Assembly (NCBI GenBank): GCA_000388065.2
Contig: KB932202.1
Length of the DNA stretch: 49,335 bases
DNA from: Fonticula alba ATCC 38817
Lineage: Eukaryota; Protista; Nucleariida
Strand: one strand, 5' to 3'
Below, in pieces: positions 47,401 to 49,335 of this stretch; positions within the stretch are counted from its first letter, which is position 1; the number at the start of each line of letters is the position of its first letter. The notes below the pieces were generated by a model that saw only the letters and a list, made by a program, of their open reading frames with translations, did not search any database and was not told the origin of the DNA. A program made the position numbers and the translations under genes.

Positions 47401-49269
47401 CTGGATCAGCACCACCTCCGGATCGACCGCCGCCTCGACCAGGTCATCCCCGGCCGCGGCCGGCGACGGCAGCAGCCCCGGCACCGCCCGGACCTCGGCC
47501 TCGCCGATGTAGAAGGACCGCGAGCCGGGCTCCGTCAGGGACTCGGCCGCCGAGTAGAGCAGCCGCCAAGCCGGCCCGGGCTGCTGCTGCTGCTGCTCCG
47601 CCGCCGCCGCCGCCCCCAGGCCGGTCACCAGACGCAAATCCGGCTGGCTCCAACGGAAGAGCGGCAACAGGTCCCCAATGGCCCCGAGCCACTGGTGCTC
47701 AATCAGCAACTGGTCCTGGTACAGCTGGAAGCAGATGGCCGGCCCGAGGCTCGGCAGCCCGGCCAGCCGGTCGGCAAACTGCGCATGGTGCTCCAGCAAA
47801 TCCTGCAGCCGGGTGTCCAGCTCGGTCAGCTCCGCGTGCAGGCGCTTGCGCGAGGCCTCGGTCACCGGCAGGGCCTGCATGTCGGACGACGGCAAGTCGC
47901 CCACCCCGGCCCCGGGACCCAGCAGCAGGGCCCCACTGGCCAGGGACATGGCGGCGGCCGCCCCCCCGGGCGACAGCGGCACCGACCCGCTGCCCCCGGC
48001 CGAGGAGGTGGCATACAAATCCTGATACCGGCCCACCAGCTCCGACAGGTAGGACACCCGCTTGGAGGCCAGCAGCCGGGCCAGCGACAGCTCGCAATAC
48101 GACCGGGCCAATTGATGCGGCAGGGTCAGCCCCTGGCTCCAGAGGATGTCCGCCTGCGGGACGATCGGCGCCCCGGCCGATGGCTGCAGCAGCCCCGAGG
48201 TCGAGGAGGCCACATGATCCACCTGGGCCAGGGCCTGCTCCAGCGACTGGGCCGTGCTGTCCAGCTGCCCGCGCAGGGCGGCCAATTGCCCGAAGAGAGC
48301 CGCCTCCGAGGCGGCCGACGCAATGCGCGCCTCCAGCCGAGTCCACCGCAGGGCCAGCGAATCGGCCCGATCACGCAGGAACCCCGGACGCAGGGGCTCC
48401 GGCAGGTCCAGCCCGAAGCCCAAGGCCTGGATGTGCGCCGACCGGGCCACCGTCACCGTGGCCTGGTCCAGGTAGTCCACCATCAGGGCGTCGTAGGCGG
48501 CCGATTCGGCCACCGCGCGCAGGGCCACCCCGGCGATCGGGGCATCCAGCAGCCGCGCCTCCATGGCATCGGCCCAGTCGGCCACCCGGTGGTGGTGCTC
48601 CGACAGCGAGGCGCAATCGGCCTCCTGCAGCAGCAGCAGCCGGGCCAGCTGCATCAGGCGCCCGGTGCGCCGGCAGTACGACAGCTCCAGCCAGTTCCAC
48701 AGCCGGCTCAGGCTCGACAGCGACAGGCGCTCCTGGCCGGCCGGCGTGCTGGCCATGGCCGCCTGCCCGGCGGCGCCGTCATCGTCCTGGCCCAGGACCT
48801 GCATCCGCGACCGAAGCACCAGATGCCCGGCCACCAGACGCGCGTAGTGCGCACGCAGGCCCTCGAAGCAGGCGGCCTCCCGCTGGAGAATGGCCCCGAT
48901 GGCGGCCGACCCGAGGGCCGTGGCCCCGACGGCTGCCAGATCCTCGGCCAGCGATTCGTCCGCATACCGGGTGGTCCGGGCGGTCTCGACCGCTTGGACA
49001 AATTCCCCGGCCGACAGGATCAGCGCGTCGGCCTGGGCCTGGGCATCGGCCGCGGCCGCCAGGGCCGCTTGCACCTGCCCGGCCACCAGGGCCAGGGCCG
49101 CCTGCGTGGCGGCCGCCGCCGTGTTCGTCAGAGCCAAGAACAGCTCCGACAGGTAGGTCACCAGCGACCGCTCGTCGGACTTCTCCAAGTCCGCCACGTC
49201 CTTGACGTCCAGGAGTCGCGGCACGCCGAGGCCCTCGGCGATGGTGAACACGCGTTCCAGGAGGTCGGC
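39151..49269 (-). CDS. Last exon (10119 nt, about 3372 aa) of a giant alpha-actinin/spectrin-superfamily protein; 5' end lies outside the window
   Basis: Begins with a CH2-domain tail (VFTIAEGLGVPRLLDVKDV..DERSLVTYLSELF). Spectrin-repeat-like segments (LWNWLE, VADWADAMEARL, LRWTRLE). EF-hand pair (AFNRFS..LLRALDPNRTGIISRDTFLKF). Branch point CTAAC and acceptor AG at 49270-49271. Confidence 0.85.
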
Positions 49270-49335
49270 CTGTGTACGGTGTGGAGGGTTAGTGGGGGTG
49301 GGGGGGGGGGGCGTTAGCCAGGCGTAGAAGGGAGT

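Noticed and set aside
38974-49317. Long plus-strand ORFs (1472, 980 and 1332 aa)
   Set aside because: Antisense shadows of the actinin-like exon caused by GC-biased codon usage.

Overview
Eukaryotic draft genomic DNA: GC-rich, with spliceosomal GT-AG introns (donors GTGCGT/GTACGT/GTGCGC, branch points CTAAC/CTGAC), microsatellites and four N gaps mostly flanked by poly-C/G. The style resembles a GC-rich unicellular opisthokont such as Fonticula (inference only). Contents in order: (1) a secreted Kazal + heme peroxidase/dioxygenase gene (2515-5094, +), broken only by two exact duplications, one of which contains an Illumina adapter; (2) an approximately 20-kb minus-strand tandem array (7.0-26.7 kb) of five very divergent paralogs that the ORF track shows only as unrelated fragments; all five share a 5-exon structure (intron phases 0,1,0,1; first exon usually just ATG), an unrecognised N-terminal domain and a C-terminal DEDDy 3'-5' exonuclease fold, only the first copy keeps the catalytic residues, and three possible decayed copies lie among them; (3) an Ala/Gly/Pro-rich hypothetical gene; (4) a 4-exon cystathionine beta-synthase consisting of the catalytic core only; (5) an N-terminal J-domain protein with five NPF motifs; (6) the 10.1-kb last exon of a giant alpha-actinin/spectrin-like protein. 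No rRNA, tRNA, CRISPR array or recognisable transposon was seen. All alignments and gene models were made by eye and need computational confirmation.
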